In this document: positions 38,916 to 48,971 of the stretch, in pieces
Numbering within the stretch: position 1 is the first letter of the stretch
Layout: each line of letters opens with the position of its first letter
Origin: an uncultured Pseudomonadota bacterium
GTDB lineage: Bacteria > Myxococcota_A > Polyangia > Fen-1088
DNA length: 64,000 nucleotides
Reading direction: 5' to 3'
Assembly (NCBI GenBank): GCA_963847705.1
Contig: CAWKBC010000044.1
Location: 32,001 to 96,000 of the forward strand
The notes under the pieces: generated by a model
What the model was told of the DNA's origin: nothing
Databases searched by the model: none
What the model saw: the letters and a program-made list of their open reading frames with translations, nothing else
Program-made: the position numbers and the translations under genes

Positions 38916-39968
38916 ATGACCACCACGACGAAGACACCGACATCGACCGCAGAGACATCGAAGACGACCTCCCGGACCAAGCTGGGCTCTTCCGGGCCCG
39001 AGGTCTTCCCCTTCGCGCTCGGCTGCATGGGAATGGGGGCCGGCAGCTTCTACGGCAACAGCGACGAGCAGGAGGCGATCGCCACGATTCACGCCGCGCT
39101 CGAGCGTGGCGTGAGCCTCATCGACACCGGCGACTTCTACGCCATGGGGAAGAACGAGCTCCTGGTGGGTAAAGCGCTGGCCGGCGGCTGGCGCGACAAG
39201 GCCCTGCTCAGCGTCAAGTTTGGCGGCCTGCGCGGTCCCGACGGCGCCTTCCTCGGCCACGACGCGCGGCCGGCGGCGACCAAGAACTTCCTGGCGCACA
39301 GCCTCTCCCGCCTCGGCGTCGACCACATCGACATCTATCGCCCGGCGCGCCTCGATCCCGCCGTCCCCATCGAGGAGACCATCGGCGCGATCGCCGACAT
39401 GGTGAAGGCGGGCTACGTCCGCTACATCGGCCTCTCGGAGGTGGGCGCCGAGACCATCCGCCGCGCCGCCAAGGTCCACCCGATCTGCGATCTGCAGATC
39501 GAGTACTCGCTCGTCAGCCGCGGCCCGGAGGCGACGATCTTCCCCGCGCTCGCCGAGCTTGGCATCGCCACGACGGCCTACGGGGTGCTCTCGCGCGGTC
39601 TCCTCACCGGCAGCAAGCCGACGGGCGCGGGCGATTTCCGGGCGCATCTGCCGCGCTTCGCAGGCGACAACGGCGAGAAGAACCGCGCGCTGGCGCAATC
39701 GCTGGCCCGCCTGGCCGCCGACAAGGGGGTCAAGCCGGCCCAGCTCGCCATCGCCTGGGTCCGGGCCAAGGCGCTGGCCCAGAAGGTCACGCTCATCCCC
39801 ACCATGGGCGCCCGCAACCGGACCCAGCTCGCCGACGCGCTGGCCGGCCTCGACATCACCCTCACGGCGGCGGAGGTGGCGGCGCTGGAAGCCGCGGTGC
39901 CGGCAGCCGAGGTCGCCGGCACCCGCTACGCCGCCCCGTTGATGACGACGCTCGACAGCGAGAGGTGA
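38916..39968 (+). CDS. Aldo/keto reductase
   Basis: LGCMGM, DTGDFY, SVKFG, DHIDIY, IGLSE and QIEYSL. Confidence 0.93.
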   Translation: MTTTTKTPTSTAETSKTTSRTKLGSSGPEVFPFALGCMGMGAGSFYGNSDEQEAIATIHAALERGVSLIDTGDFYAMGKNELLVGKALAGGWRDKALLSVKFGGLRGPDGAFLGHDARPAATKNFLAHSLSRLGVDHIDIYRPARLDPAVPIEETIGAIADMVKAGYVRYIGLSEVGAETIRRAAKVHPICDLQIEYSLVSRGPEATIFPALAELGIATTAYGVLSRGLLTGSKPTGAGDFRAHLPRFAGDNGEKNRALAQSLARLAADKGVKPAQLAIAWVRAKALAQKVTLIPTMGARNRTQLADALAGLDITLTAAEVAALEAAVPAAEVAGTRYAAPLMTTLDSER

Positions 39969-40012
39969 CGCCGCGGCTCCGTGAGGTCGCCGGGGGCCGG
40001 GTCGCCGGCGCT

Positions 40013-40387
40013 TCAGCGCGGATCGGCGGCCAGGACGAACGGGCGCAGCCGGTGACCGTCGAGATCGGCGACCACGAAGGTGAACCCGAAGTCCAGGCGG
40101 GTCGGCTCCTGCACCACCTCGAGCCCGAGCTTGGTCCAGGCCGCATAGGTCGCGCGCAGGGCCGCTTCGTCGGGGAGCGAGAACGAGAGCTCGACGCCGC
40201 CGGCGAGCCGCGGGACGGGCTTCATCCCGTCTGCCGCCCACAGCCCCAGCTTGAGACCGGTCGGCAGCACGTAGAGCACGAAGGTCGCGGAATTCTCGAC
40301 CGGTTTGAGGCCCAGGAGCTGATCGTAGAGCTCGGCGCTCCGGCGCGGGTCCTTCACGGCGAGCAGCAGGTAGTCGAGGTCGGGCAT
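40013..40387 (-). CDS. VOC/glyoxalase family protein (EhpR-like small-molecule binding)
   Basis: AAGGAG RBS; LLL.V.D..S..Y..LLG and FGFTFVVADLDGHRLR. Confidence 0.85.
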   Translation of the reverse strand: MPDLDYLLLAVKDPRRSAELYDQLLGLKPVENSATFVLYVLPTGLKLGLWAADGMKPVPRLAGGVELSFSLPDEAALRATYAAWTKLGLEVVQEPTRLDFGFTFVVADLDGHRLRPFVLAADPR

Positions 40388-40432
40388 GGTGTCTCTCCTT
40401 GCGGTTGGTGGAGACAACCTAGCGGGCGGCCG

Positions 40433-40448
40433 TGTCAGTTCTTGTCAG
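40433..40448. promoter_or_regulatory. Putative WYL-regulator operator (TGTCAG-N4-TGTCAG) upstream of the VOC gene
   Basis: Direct repeat with 10-bp period overlapping the WYL gene stop, 46-61 nt before the VOC ATG. Confidence 0.45.
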
Positions 40449-41154
40449 CAGCGGACCTGTCGCCCGGGGACCCTCCCTGGCCCTCGCTCTGCCGCCACTC
40501 CGCCAGCAAGGTGGCGCGCCCGCGCGGGTAGCGGGCGGCGGTGACCTCGAGCTTCGTGACCCGGTCGAGACGAAAGTGGCGATAGCCGCGCCGTCTCTCG
40601 CACCAGGCGACGACGACGCGGGCCCGTTCGAAGAATCCGATCGCGAACGGCCAGATGGTGCGGGTCGTCCGGCGCCCGTCGGCGTCGCGGTAGGAGATCT
40701 CGAGCTTGTGCTCGCGACGGATCGCTTCGCGGACGAGCCCCGTGTCCACGGTGTCGATGTGCGGCGTGGCGGGTCCGACCAGGAGCGTGGCCGCTTCCAC
40801 CTCCCGGCGGAGCTCGTCGGGCAGCACGGCCGCGATCTTGGCCAGGGCGTCCCGCCCGGCGGCCGCCAGGCCCCTGTCGTCCGAACGGAGCGCGACCCAG
40901 CGGGAGCCGAGCACCAGCGCCTCCAGCTCCTCGACCGAGAACATCAGCGGCGGCAGGGTGAAGCCCGGGCGCAGAACGTATCCGATCCCGGGCTCACCCT
41001 CGATCCCCGCGCCCTGTCCGCGCAGGGTGGCGATGTCACGATAGAGCGTGCGGAGGGAGATCCCCAGCTCGGCGGCCAGCGCGGCACCGAGGACCGGGCT
41101 GCGGTGGCGCCGCAGGATCTGCAGCAAATCGAGAAGGCGTTCCGTTCGAGACAT
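40435..41154 (-). CDS. YafY-family HTH-WYL transcriptional regulator
   Basis: MSRTERLLDLLQIL, SLRTLYRDI, LPPLMFS.EE and AWCERR..RHFRLDR. Confidence 0.93.
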   Translation of the reverse strand: MSRTERLLDLLQILRRHRSPVLGAALAAELGISLRTLYRDIATLRGQGAGIEGEPGIGYVLRPGFTLPPLMFSVEELEALVLGSRWVALRSDDRGLAAAGRDALAKIAAVLPDELRREVEAATLLVGPATPHIDTVDTGLVREAIRREHKLEISYRDADGRRTTRTIWPFAIGFFERARVVVAWCERRRGYRHFRLDRVTKLEVTAARYPRGRATLLAEWRQSEGQGGSPGDRSAADKN

Positions 41155-41212
41155 GTCGCCCGCACTCAGGGGCGGGCGACCGAGCGTAGCAACTTTCGGT
41201 CGCAATTTTCTG

Positions 41213-41269
41213 TTGACCGTATCCAGGCGAATGGTTATATAACTTATCAGTTACACAACCTGATGGTTA
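41213..41269 (+). promoter_or_regulatory. Sigma70-type promoter with tandem ArsR-type palindromic operators
   Basis: TTGACC-N17-TATATA; TAAC-N6-GTTA at 41240-41253 and AACC-TGAT-GGTT at 41257-41268 in an AT-rich patch. Confidence 0.65.
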
Positions 41270-41276
41270 CAAGCAC

Positions 41277-41621
41277 ATGACGGCCGACCACCTCACCGCC
41301 ACCTTCGCCGCCCTCGCCGATCCCACCCGCCGCGCCATCCTGGCCCGCCTGTCGCGTGGCGAGGCCAACGTGACCGAGCTGGCGAGGCCCTTCGACATGT
41401 CGCAGCCGGCGATCTCCAAGCATCTCAAGGTGCTGGAGCGGGCCGGCCTGATCTCGCGCGGCCGCGACGCCCAGTCGCGCCCCTGCCGCCTCTCCGCCAG
41501 CCGCCTCAGGGAGGCGACGGAGTGGATGGAGCGCTACCGCAAATTCTGGGAGCAGAGCTTCGATCGTCTGGATGACTTCCTGGTGGACCTCAAAAAGGAG
41601 AAGAGCCGTGGAAACAAGTAA
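41277..41621 (+). CDS. ArsR/SmtB-family regulator
   Basis: FAALADPTRRAIL and SQPAISKHLKVLERAGL. Confidence 0.95.
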   Translation: MTADHLTATFAALADPTRRAILARLSRGEANVTELARPFDMSQPAISKHLKVLERAGLISRGRDAQSRPCRLSASRLREATEWMERYRKFWEQSFDRLDDFLVDLKKEKSRGNK

Positions 41622-42084
41622 CTCTCGAAGGGAGGCGTCGGCCGGACGCCCGCCCGAGCTGCGCATGACCCGGGTCTTCGACGCGCCCAAGAGTCTGGTC
41701 TTCGAGGCCTGGACCAAGGCGGAGTACCTCTCCCGCTGGTTCACGCCGGCCCCGCTCACCACGCAGGGCTGCGAGCTCGACTTTCGCCCCGGCGGCGTCT
41801 TTCGCCTGACGATGCGCACACCCGAGGGCGTGGAGTTCCCGATGGACGCGCGTTTCACCGAGATCGTCCCCGACGAGCGCATCGTCTTCGCGGCCACGGT
41901 GCACGGCGATCTGAAGATCCTCACGACCGTGACGTTCGCGGAGAAGGACGGCCAGACGACGCTCACCGCGCATCAGGTCTACTCGCACGAGTCCGAGGCC
42001 ACCCGCGGCGCGAACGCGGGCTGGACGCTGACACTGGCTCAGCTGGCCGCGTACCTCCGCGGAAGAGAATCGCGCCCGCGCTGA
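41608..42084 (+). CDS. SRPBCC/AHSA1 domain protein
   Basis: TRVFDAP..VFEAWT, DFRPGG and GW...L; overlaps the arsR end with an AAGGAG RBS. Confidence 0.9.
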   Translation: METSNSRREASAGRPPELRMTRVFDAPKSLVFEAWTKAEYLSRWFTPAPLTTQGCELDFRPGGVFRLTMRTPEGVEFPMDARFTEIVPDERIVFAATVHGDLKILTTVTFAEKDGQTTLTAHQVYSHESEATRGANAGWTLTLAQLAAYLRGRESRPR

Positions 42085-42091
42085 AGCGCGC

Positions 42092-43243
42092 TCAGAAGTA
42101 CCCGCTGGCGGCGATCGCGTCGACGGTCACCGTGGCCATGATGGCGGCGCCCGCGGGCGTGGGATGGACGCCGTCCGAGCTGTCGACCGTGTTCGTCGGA
42201 TCGAAGCTGCTGTCGTAGTGGTCGATGATGGTGATGGGCGACGACGCGGTGGAGTTCGATGACGCCCAGGCCGGCGTGAGCGCCGCCGCCAGCGCGGCGA
42301 CGTTCGGGAGGCAGCTGCCGCACCCGCTCGGGTCGAGCTTGATGATCTTCGAGACGAAGAAGATGACCTCGGGGTTCTGCTTGCGGAACTCGGCGATCAC
42401 CGCCAGGTAGGCCGAAAGGATGGTGGGGGTGGCGATCCCATCCCAGACGTCGTTGGTGCCAAAGTGCATGAGGACGATGTCGGGCTTTTCGGCCGCCCAG
42501 GTTTGCAGCTCGGCGTAGCTTCCGCAGCCGCTGCTCTTGGTGCAGGCGCTGCGGGTGTTGTTCTGCGGCAGGTACGTCACGCCATAGCCGGCGTGCCCTT
42601 CGTCTTTCACGCTGGCGGGAGCACCGCTTCCGCAGGACTGGTTCGTCGTCACCGTTCCGACGAACTGAAAGTTCGTGTGATTCCCCGCCATCAAGCTCTC
42701 GTAGGTGATCTGCGGGTAGCAGGTGGTCCCGGTGACGGAATCGCCAAGCGGCATCACCTTCCAGACACCCGAGTGCATCGAGCCGGCCGTCCCACCCGAG
42801 CCGCCGGTTCCGGGCATCCCCGCCTTCCCGCCAGCCCCGCCCGTCGCCGTCCCGGCGGTCCCGCCGGTCGCAGTGCCGCCGGTCCCGCCGCCCATGCCCT
42901 TGCTTCCAGCCGCGCCCTTGGCACCGGCGGCGCCTCCAGCCCCGCCTGTGGCGGAAATCCCTCCGGTCCCGGTCGCTCCGCCCGTCGACGGCGCGCCGCC
43001 GGTCCCGGTTGCTCCGCCGGTTGAAACCACGCCGCTGCTCCCGGTCAGGCCGCCGGTCGCGGTCACGCCTCCGGTCCCGACGGCGCCGCCGGTGCTCGTG
43101 GCCCCCCCGGTGCTCGTCGCGCCGCCCGTCCCCAATGACCCGCCGCCTCCCGAACCACCGTCCGACGACCCGCCGCCACAGCCTGCCATCAGCGCAGCCA
43201 GGCCGATGGTGAGAACGCAACGGCGATCGAGACGAGATGTCAT
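42092..43243 (-). CDS. SGNH/GDSL hydrolase lipoprotein (CE3-like) with long Gly/Thr tether
   Basis: Lipobox MAGC; PLGDS, EGHAG, GTND and DGVHP blocks. Confidence 0.87.
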   Translation of the reverse strand: MTSRLDRRCVLTIGLAALMAGCGGGSSDGGSGGGGSLGTGGATSTGGATSTGGAVGTGGVTATGGLTGSSGVVSTGGATGTGGAPSTGGATGTGGISATGGAGGAAGAKGAAGSKGMGGGTGGTATGGTAGTATGGAGGKAGMPGTGGSGGTAGSMHSGVWKVMPLGDSVTGTTCYPQITYESLMAGNHTNFQFVGTVTTNQSCGSGAPASVKDEGHAGYGVTYLPQNNTRSACTKSSGCGSYAELQTWAAEKPDIVLMHFGTNDVWDGIATPTILSAYLAVIAEFRKQNPEVIFFVSKIIKLDPSGCGSCLPNVAALAAALTPAWASSNSTASSPITIIDHYDSSFDPTNTVDSSDGVHPTPAGAAIMATVTVDAIAASGYF

Positions 43244-43374
43244 GGTGGGGGCCTCCGTGAGACGAGAGTGTCGGGCGCGTCGAACCGAAGCTCCAAAGGG
43301 CGGCGCCACCCACAAACCTTCAAACGAAAGGTGACGCGCCGAGGCGCTCCCCGGGATAGCCTCACGCCCGTCGC

Positions 43375-45261
43375 ATGTGCGGAATCTGTGTCGTGGTCAG
43401 CGATGTCGGCGCCGTCGAGCCCGAGCTGCTCCACGGGATGTGCGAGCGCATGATCCACCGTGGTCCCGACGCGGAGGGGCTCCACGTCGATGGGCGGGTC
43501 GGCCTGGGGATGCGGCGGCTCAGCGTCGTCGACCTGCCGGGGGGTCAGCAGCCGATCTTCAACGAGGATCGGTCGATGGCGATCGTCTTCAACGGCGAGA
43601 TCTACAACCACCGCGAGCTGCGCGCCGAGCTGGAGGCGCGCGGGCACACCTTCGCCACCAACTCGGACACCGAGGCGATCCTGCACGCCTACGAAGAGTA
43701 CGGCGCGGCGGCGGTCACCCGCCTGCGCGGGATGTTCGCCTTCGCCATTCACGAGCGGAGGAGCGGGCGCGTCTTCCTGGCGCGCGACCGACTGGGGATC
43801 AAGCCCCTGCACTGGGCCGAAGCGGGCGGGCGATTCTACGCGGCCAGCGAGCTGAAGAGCCTGCGCGATCTCCCCGGCCTGTCGCTGACGCTCGACGAGG
43901 TGGCGGTCGATCAATACTTCTCGCTGCTTTACGTCCCGGCGCCGCGGACCATCTTCCGCGAGCTCAAGAAGCTGCCGCCCGGCCACCTCCTGGTGAAGGA
44001 CCCGGGCCAGCCAGCGGTGGTCCACCGCTACTGGCAGCTTCACTCGCGCCCCGATCCCGGGCGGTCGGAGGCCGACTGGGTCACGGACGTGCGGCACGGT
44101 TTCGACGGCGCCGTCGCCAGTCACCTCGGCGCCGACGTGCCGCTGGGGGTCTTTCTCTCGGGCGGCCTCGATTCGAGCGCGCTCGTCGCCTCCATGTCCA
44201 GGGCGGCCGCGGGGCGCATCAAGACCTTCTCCCTCGGTTTTCCCTCCGAGTACGCCGCGTTCGACGAGCGTCCGTTCGCACGGCAGGTCGCCACCCGGTT
44301 CGGGACCGACCACCGGGAGATGGAGGTCGCGCCCGACATCGGCGAGGCGATCCAGGCGCTCGCCCGGATCTTCGACGAGCCGATGGGTGACTCGGGGGCC
44401 GTCCCCAACCTGCTCGTCTGCCGGATGGCGCGGCAGCACCTGACCGTCGCGCTCTCGGGCCTGGGGGGTGACGAGCTGGCCGGCGGCTACCAGCGCTACC
44501 TCGGCGTCACCGTCGCCGAGTGGTACCGGAAGATCCCCGCCTTCTTGCGCAACGACGTGGTGCGACGGCTGGTCGACCTCATCCCCGAGTCGCGCGCGGG
44601 CGGGCGGGGGATCGACCGGGCCAAGCGGTTCGTCCGGTCGAGCGAGCTCCCTTACGTCGAACGGTTCTTCGCCTTCTCGAGCCCGCTCGACCGGACGCGG
44701 CGCCAGGCGCTCTACCAGCCGGGGCTGCGGGCGCGGGTGGCGCTCGATTCGGCGCTCGGGCGCATGCAGGCGCTCGGCGCCGAGCAACCCCACGCCGATC
44801 TGCTCAACAAGCTCCTCTGCATCGATCAGCAGACCTACCTGGTCGACGATCTGCTGACCGTCGCCGACCGCACCAGCATGGCGGTCTCGCTGGAGGTCCG
44901 GGTCCCCTTCCTCGACCACCCCTTCGTCGAGCTGATGGCGGCCGTCCCCGGCAGGCTCAAGATCCGGAGAGGTGAAAAGAAGTACCTTCTCAGGCGCGCG
45001 CTCGAGGCCGATCTGCCGGCGGAGATCCTCCGCCGCAAGAAGGCGGGGTTCAGCCTGCCGCTGGCGCGCTGGATGCGCGAGGATCTGCGCGGGATGGTCG
45101 ACGAGCTCCTCGCCCCCGAGAAGCTTCGGCAGCAGGGGTGGTTCGAACCGTCGGTGGTGGAGACGCTCAAGGCGGAACACCGCGCTCGCCGCCGCGACAA
45201 CAGCACCGTGCTCTGGGCACTGATGATGTTTCAGCTCTGGGCGCGGGAGTGGTCCCGGTGA
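43375..45261 (+). CDS. asnB: Asparagine synthase (glutamine-hydrolysing) family amidotransferase
   Basis: MCGI N-terminus, HRGPD, NGEIYN, SGGLDSS, GGDE and EVRVPFLD. Confidence 0.95.
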   Translation: MCGICVVVSDVGAVEPELLHGMCERMIHRGPDAEGLHVDGRVGLGMRRLSVVDLPGGQQPIFNEDRSMAIVFNGEIYNHRELRAELEARGHTFATNSDTEAILHAYEEYGAAAVTRLRGMFAFAIHERRSGRVFLARDRLGIKPLHWAEAGGRFYAASELKSLRDLPGLSLTLDEVAVDQYFSLLYVPAPRTIFRELKKLPPGHLLVKDPGQPAVVHRYWQLHSRPDPGRSEADWVTDVRHGFDGAVASHLGADVPLGVFLSGGLDSSALVASMSRAAAGRIKTFSLGFPSEYAAFDERPFARQVATRFGTDHREMEVAPDIGEAIQALARIFDEPMGDSGAVPNLLVCRMARQHLTVALSGLGGDELAGGYQRYLGVTVAEWYRKIPAFLRNDVVRRLVDLIPESRAGGRGIDRAKRFVRSSELPYVERFFAFSSPLDRTRRQALYQPGLRARVALDSALGRMQALGAEQPHADLLNKLLCIDQQTYLVDDLLTVADRTSMAVSLEVRVPFLDHPFVELMAAVPGRLKIRRGEKKYLLRRALEADLPAEILRRKKAGFSLPLARWMREDLRGMVDELLAPEKLRQQGWFEPSVVETLKAEHRARRRDNSTVLWALMMFQLWAREWSR

Positions 45262-46436
45262 CGGTGATCGCCGCGGTCGTCTTTTGGCTGTCGCTCGCCG
45301 CGGTGGCCTGGACCTACGCCGGGTATCCGCTGTTGCTGCTGGCGCTCGCCCGCCTGCGCCCGCGGGCGCGCCGCGCGCGGCCCCAGAGCCAGGGCGCGCC
45401 GCCCGAGCCGGTGGTGACCGTCATCATCTCGGCCTACAACGAAGAGAAGGCGATCCGCGAAAAGCTGGAGACCACGCTGGCACTCGACTACCCCGCCGAC
45501 AAGCTGGAGGTGATCGTCGCGTCCGACAGCTCGACCGACGGGACGCACGACATCGTCCGCGAGCTGGCACCGCGCGGCGTGCGTCTGCTCGTCCTGCCCG
45601 AGCGCGCCGGCAAGACCGCGGCGCAGAACCTGGCCGCCGCCTCGGCGAAGGGCGAGGTGCTGATCTTCACCGACGCCACCACCGCGCTCAGGCGCGACAG
45701 CGTGCGGCAGCTGGTCGCCTGTTTCGCCGACCCTCGCGTCGGCTGCGCCGGCGCCGAGCTGGAGTACGTCTCCCAGAGCGGAAGCGCCGTCGGCCAGGGG
45801 GGCGGCCTTTACTGGCGCTACGAGAAGCGGGTCAAGGAGCTGGAGGCCGAAGTGAGCACGCTCATCGGCGTCTCGGGCTGCCTCTACGCCGTGCGGGCCA
45901 GCACCTATCGGCCGATCGAGCCCGATCTGATCAGCGACTTCGTCATCGCCGGCGACGTCTTCCAGCGCGGCTTCATCACCGTCTACGGCGGCGGCGCCGT
46001 CTCGTCCGAACGGACGCACGAGGAGACCGGCCAGGAGTTCGAGATGCGCGTGCGGGTGATCGTCCGCACCATCAACGCGCTGGTCCGGCGCGCCCGGATG
46101 CTGAACCCGTTTCGCTACGGGTTCTTCTCGTTCCAGCTCTTCAGCCACAAGGTGCTCCGCTACCTGGTCCCCGAGCTGCTCCTGGCCATCTTCGCCAGCG
46201 GGCTCTGGCTCGCCCTCCGCGGGGGTGCCCCCGCGCCGGTCTACCAGGTGATCACCGTCGCGCAACTGGCGCTCTACCTGGCCGCGGCCCTCGGATGGGC
46301 GCGCCAGACGCTGGGGCTGCGACTGCCCCTCGTGCACGTCCCGTTCTACTTCGTGGTGGTCAACCTGGCCGCGCTCTGGGCGCTGGTGCTCTACCTGCGC
46401 GGCGAGCGCAGAGTGATCTGGACGACGATCCGTTGA
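45258..46436 (+). CDS. GT2 glycosyltransferase (membrane, polysaccharide-synthase-like)
   Basis: AYNEE, SDSSTD, GK..A, FTDA, LYWRYE and SDF; GTGA coupled to asnB. Confidence 0.9.
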   Translation: MTVIAAVVFWLSLAAVAWTYAGYPLLLLALARLRPRARRARPQSQGAPPEPVVTVIISAYNEEKAIREKLETTLALDYPADKLEVIVASDSSTDGTHDIVRELAPRGVRLLVLPERAGKTAAQNLAAASAKGEVLIFTDATTALRRDSVRQLVACFADPRVGCAGAELEYVSQSGSAVGQGGGLYWRYEKRVKELEAEVSTLIGVSGCLYAVRASTYRPIEPDLISDFVIAGDVFQRGFITVYGGGAVSSERTHEETGQEFEMRVRVIVRTINALVRRARMLNPFRYGFFSFQLFSHKVLRYLVPELLLAIFASGLWLALRGGAPAPVYQVITVAQLALYLAAALGWARQTLGLRLPLVHVPFYFVVVNLAALWALVLYLRGERRVIWTTIR

Positions 46437-46599
46437 GAGCGGCGTTGCTCACGATTCGCTGATTTGCCAACTTGATCGTTGGCAACGGCCACAACTGAGT
46501 TGGCGATCTTTGCGCGAATACGGCGTCCGCACGGGTCCGCGCCCTGGCCCGTCCGTTGCTATTTCGCCTCCCCGAGATCCGTCACGAGGAGGCCATCCC

Positions 46600-48165
46600 A
46601 TGAACCGTCTGGTCGTTTCGTCGTCGAGGTGTTGGCGCGCTGTTCGGTGGGTCGGCCTGGCTGGCGCCGGAGCTTCGCTCTGGGCCTGCACCTCTCGCAC
46701 CCTGGAGGCGCCCACCGTCGCCTCCAGCGTGACGGAGAACTGGACCGTCACCCAGAAGATCAACAACAATCTCGATCTCCTCTTCATGGTCGACAACTCC
46801 TCCTCCATGACGGCGATGCAGCAGAAGTTGCTGACGCAGCTGCCGAACTTCCTGAGCTTTCTGCAGAAGCTCCCGGTCACACCCAACCTCCACATCGCCG
46901 TCGTCTCCTCCGACATGGGGGCCAAGAGCGACGTCGACATCATGTGCTCGCCGCTCGGCAACCAAGGAGAGTTCTTCTCTCAGCCCGAGGGGACCTGCAC
47001 GGCCACCACCCTCACGGCCGGCGACACCTTCATCTCCGACGTCGACGGCGTCGCCAACTTCACCGATCCCATCGCCTCGGTGTTTCAGTGCATCTCGCTC
47101 CTGGGCGCCAGCGGCTGCGGCTTCGAGCACCAGCTGGCCTCCATCGACCGCGCGCTCGGCGCCGACGGTCTCGGACCGCCCCCCTCCCAGAACGCCGGGT
47201 TTCTACGGTCCGACGCCTACCTGGGCATCGTGATGCTCACCAACGAGGACGATTGCTCGGCGCCCGCCGACACCACGATCTACTCGCTCAACGGAGCTCC
47301 GCAGAGCATCACCAACCCCGACGGTCCCATCGGCAACTATCGCTGCAACGGCGGCCCCCGTGGCGGTCACCTGTGCGAGGACCTCAACGCCGGAAGCGCG
47401 AACATGGGCTACGCGACCCCGCCTCTGACCCCGCCGCAGGACGCGACCGGCAACCCGCCGATCCTTCCGCTGGCCAACTGCAAGGACAACGAGAGCGGCT
47501 CCAGCGCTCTCATCCCGGTCAGCCAGTTCGTCAGCGACATCAAGGCGCTGAAGGCCGACCCCGACAACCAGATCCTGGTGGGCGAGATCATCGGACCGGC
47601 GGCACCCTATTCCGTCACCTGGTCCCCCATGGTGACGCCGACGGGGGCCTCGGAGAACTGGCCGGAGGTCATGCACTCCTGCGGCGCGGCCGGCGGCGAC
47701 GACGTCAACCCGGATCCCTCGACCCAGACGGTGGGCGACGGAAGCTTCGGGGATCCGGGCGTCCGGGAGACCGAGTTCGCCAACGCCTTCCCCAACAGCA
47801 TCGTGGGATCGATCTGCGACGGGGACTACTCCCAGTCCATGACCGCGATCGCCGCCAAGATCGGCCAGTTCTTCACCCCCCCCTGCATCGACAGCAAGCT
47901 GCAGAACGACGCCATGGGAAATCCAGACTGTTCGGTGATCGAGAACCTCACCGACGCCAGCGGCAATCAGAGCCACGTGGCGATCGAGAACTGCAACGAG
48001 AACGGCAACACGCCCCCCTGCTGGACGCTGGTGCCCGGAATGATGGGCTGCACGGGCCAGTCGCTGCAGGTGAACGACAGCGCCGCCAACATGATGGCGG
48101 CCAGCGAGAACAGCACGATCAGCTGCTCGCTCTGCATGCCGGGCGTCGCCGCCCCCGGCTGCTGA
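46600..48165 (+). CDS. Cys-rich vWA-like lipoprotein, paralog 1
   Basis: GAGGAGG RBS, lipobox LWAC, MIDAS-like DNSSS, GCGFEHQL and TNEDDCS. Confidence 0.8.
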   Translation: MNRLVVSSSRCWRAVRWVGLAGAGASLWACTSRTLEAPTVASSVTENWTVTQKINNNLDLLFMVDNSSSMTAMQQKLLTQLPNFLSFLQKLPVTPNLHIAVVSSDMGAKSDVDIMCSPLGNQGEFFSQPEGTCTATTLTAGDTFISDVDGVANFTDPIASVFQCISLLGASGCGFEHQLASIDRALGADGLGPPPSQNAGFLRSDAYLGIVMLTNEDDCSAPADTTIYSLNGAPQSITNPDGPIGNYRCNGGPRGGHLCEDLNAGSANMGYATPPLTPPQDATGNPPILPLANCKDNESGSSALIPVSQFVSDIKALKADPDNQILVGEIIGPAAPYSVTWSPMVTPTGASENWPEVMHSCGAAGGDDVNPDPSTQTVGDGSFGDPGVRETEFANAFPNSIVGSICDGDYSQSMTAIAAKIGQFFTPPCIDSKLQNDAMGNPDCSVIENLTDASGNQSHVAIENCNENGNTPPCWTLVPGMMGCTGQSLQVNDSAANMMAASENSTISCSLCMPGVAAPGC

Positions 48166-48168
48166 GCC

Positions 48169-48648
48169 CTACCCGTGATGGCCGCCGGGCTCGTGGAGGT
48201 GTCCGTGGGTCAGCTCCTCGGGCGTCGCGTCGCGGACGGCCACCACCTCGACGTCGAAGTGGAGCTTCATCCCTGCCAGCGGATGGTTGAGATCGACGGT
48301 GGCGTAGTCGCCGCGGAGGGCGGTGACCGTGGCGATCTGGGCTCCCTCCGACGTCCTGAGCTGAACCTGCATCCCGACCGTCACCTTCTTGTCGGAGAGC
48401 TTTCGCAGCGGGACGTTGCGGACGTTCTTGTCGTCGCGCAGGCCGTACCCCTCCTCGGGGGTCAGCGTCACCTGCACCGACTCGCCGGCCGCCTTCCCGG
48501 CGAGCGCCTTCTCCAGCCCGGGGACGATGCTCCCGACGCCGTGAAGGTAGCCGAGCGGCTCACGGCCCTTCGAGCTGTCGAGGACGGTGCCCTCGTCGTC
48601 CTTGAGCGTGTAGTGGATGGTGACGGCTTTCTGGTCGGCGATCTGCAT
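48169..48648 (-). CDS. slyD: FKBP-type peptidyl-prolyl isomerase SlyD
   Basis: V.IHYTL, YLHG..IVPGLE, DLNHPLAG and His-rich tail. Confidence 0.95.
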   Translation of the reverse strand: MQIADQKAVTIHYTLKDDEGTVLDSSKGREPLGYLHGVGSIVPGLEKALAGKAAGESVQVTLTPEEGYGLRDDKNVRNVPLRKLSDKKVTVGMQVQLRTSEGAQIATVTALRGDYATVDLNHPLAGMKLHFDVEVVAVRDATPEELTHGHLHEPGGHHG

Positions 48649-48971
48649 GATGTTCGGCCGAAGAGCGAACCACCACCCGCCACCGGATGCAACCACTCCG
48701 TGCGACCGCTCACCGAGGGCGAGAGCGCCGGGTTTCAAGCTCTGCCTCTGGAGCTGTCTTTGCTGCCAGCTCTGCCCTGGTTGACTGAAAGGAAATTTCG
48801 CCGACTCGTCGAAGAAACTTCCAGTCCCTTCGGTGGCGATCGCGCGCCGGGGCCGGATTCGGCGCCCTGCGCGAGGGTACATCTGTTGCAATCGAATCGA
48901 GCCGGTGCCGGATCGCGACCGTCGCGCGCCCCCACGTCATGACGGTTCAAAACGAAGGCGTCCGTGGGTTC

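Noticed and set aside
42780-43170. GGC/ACC-rich repetitive DNA, also at 53370-53720 and 56750-57080
   Set aside because: Explained by Gly/Thr linker coding; not an independent DNA repeat element.
48650-48830. NiCo or other known riboswitch upstream of slyD
   Set aside because: I could not match the conserved core of any riboswitch I know; kept only as a low-interest unexplained structure.
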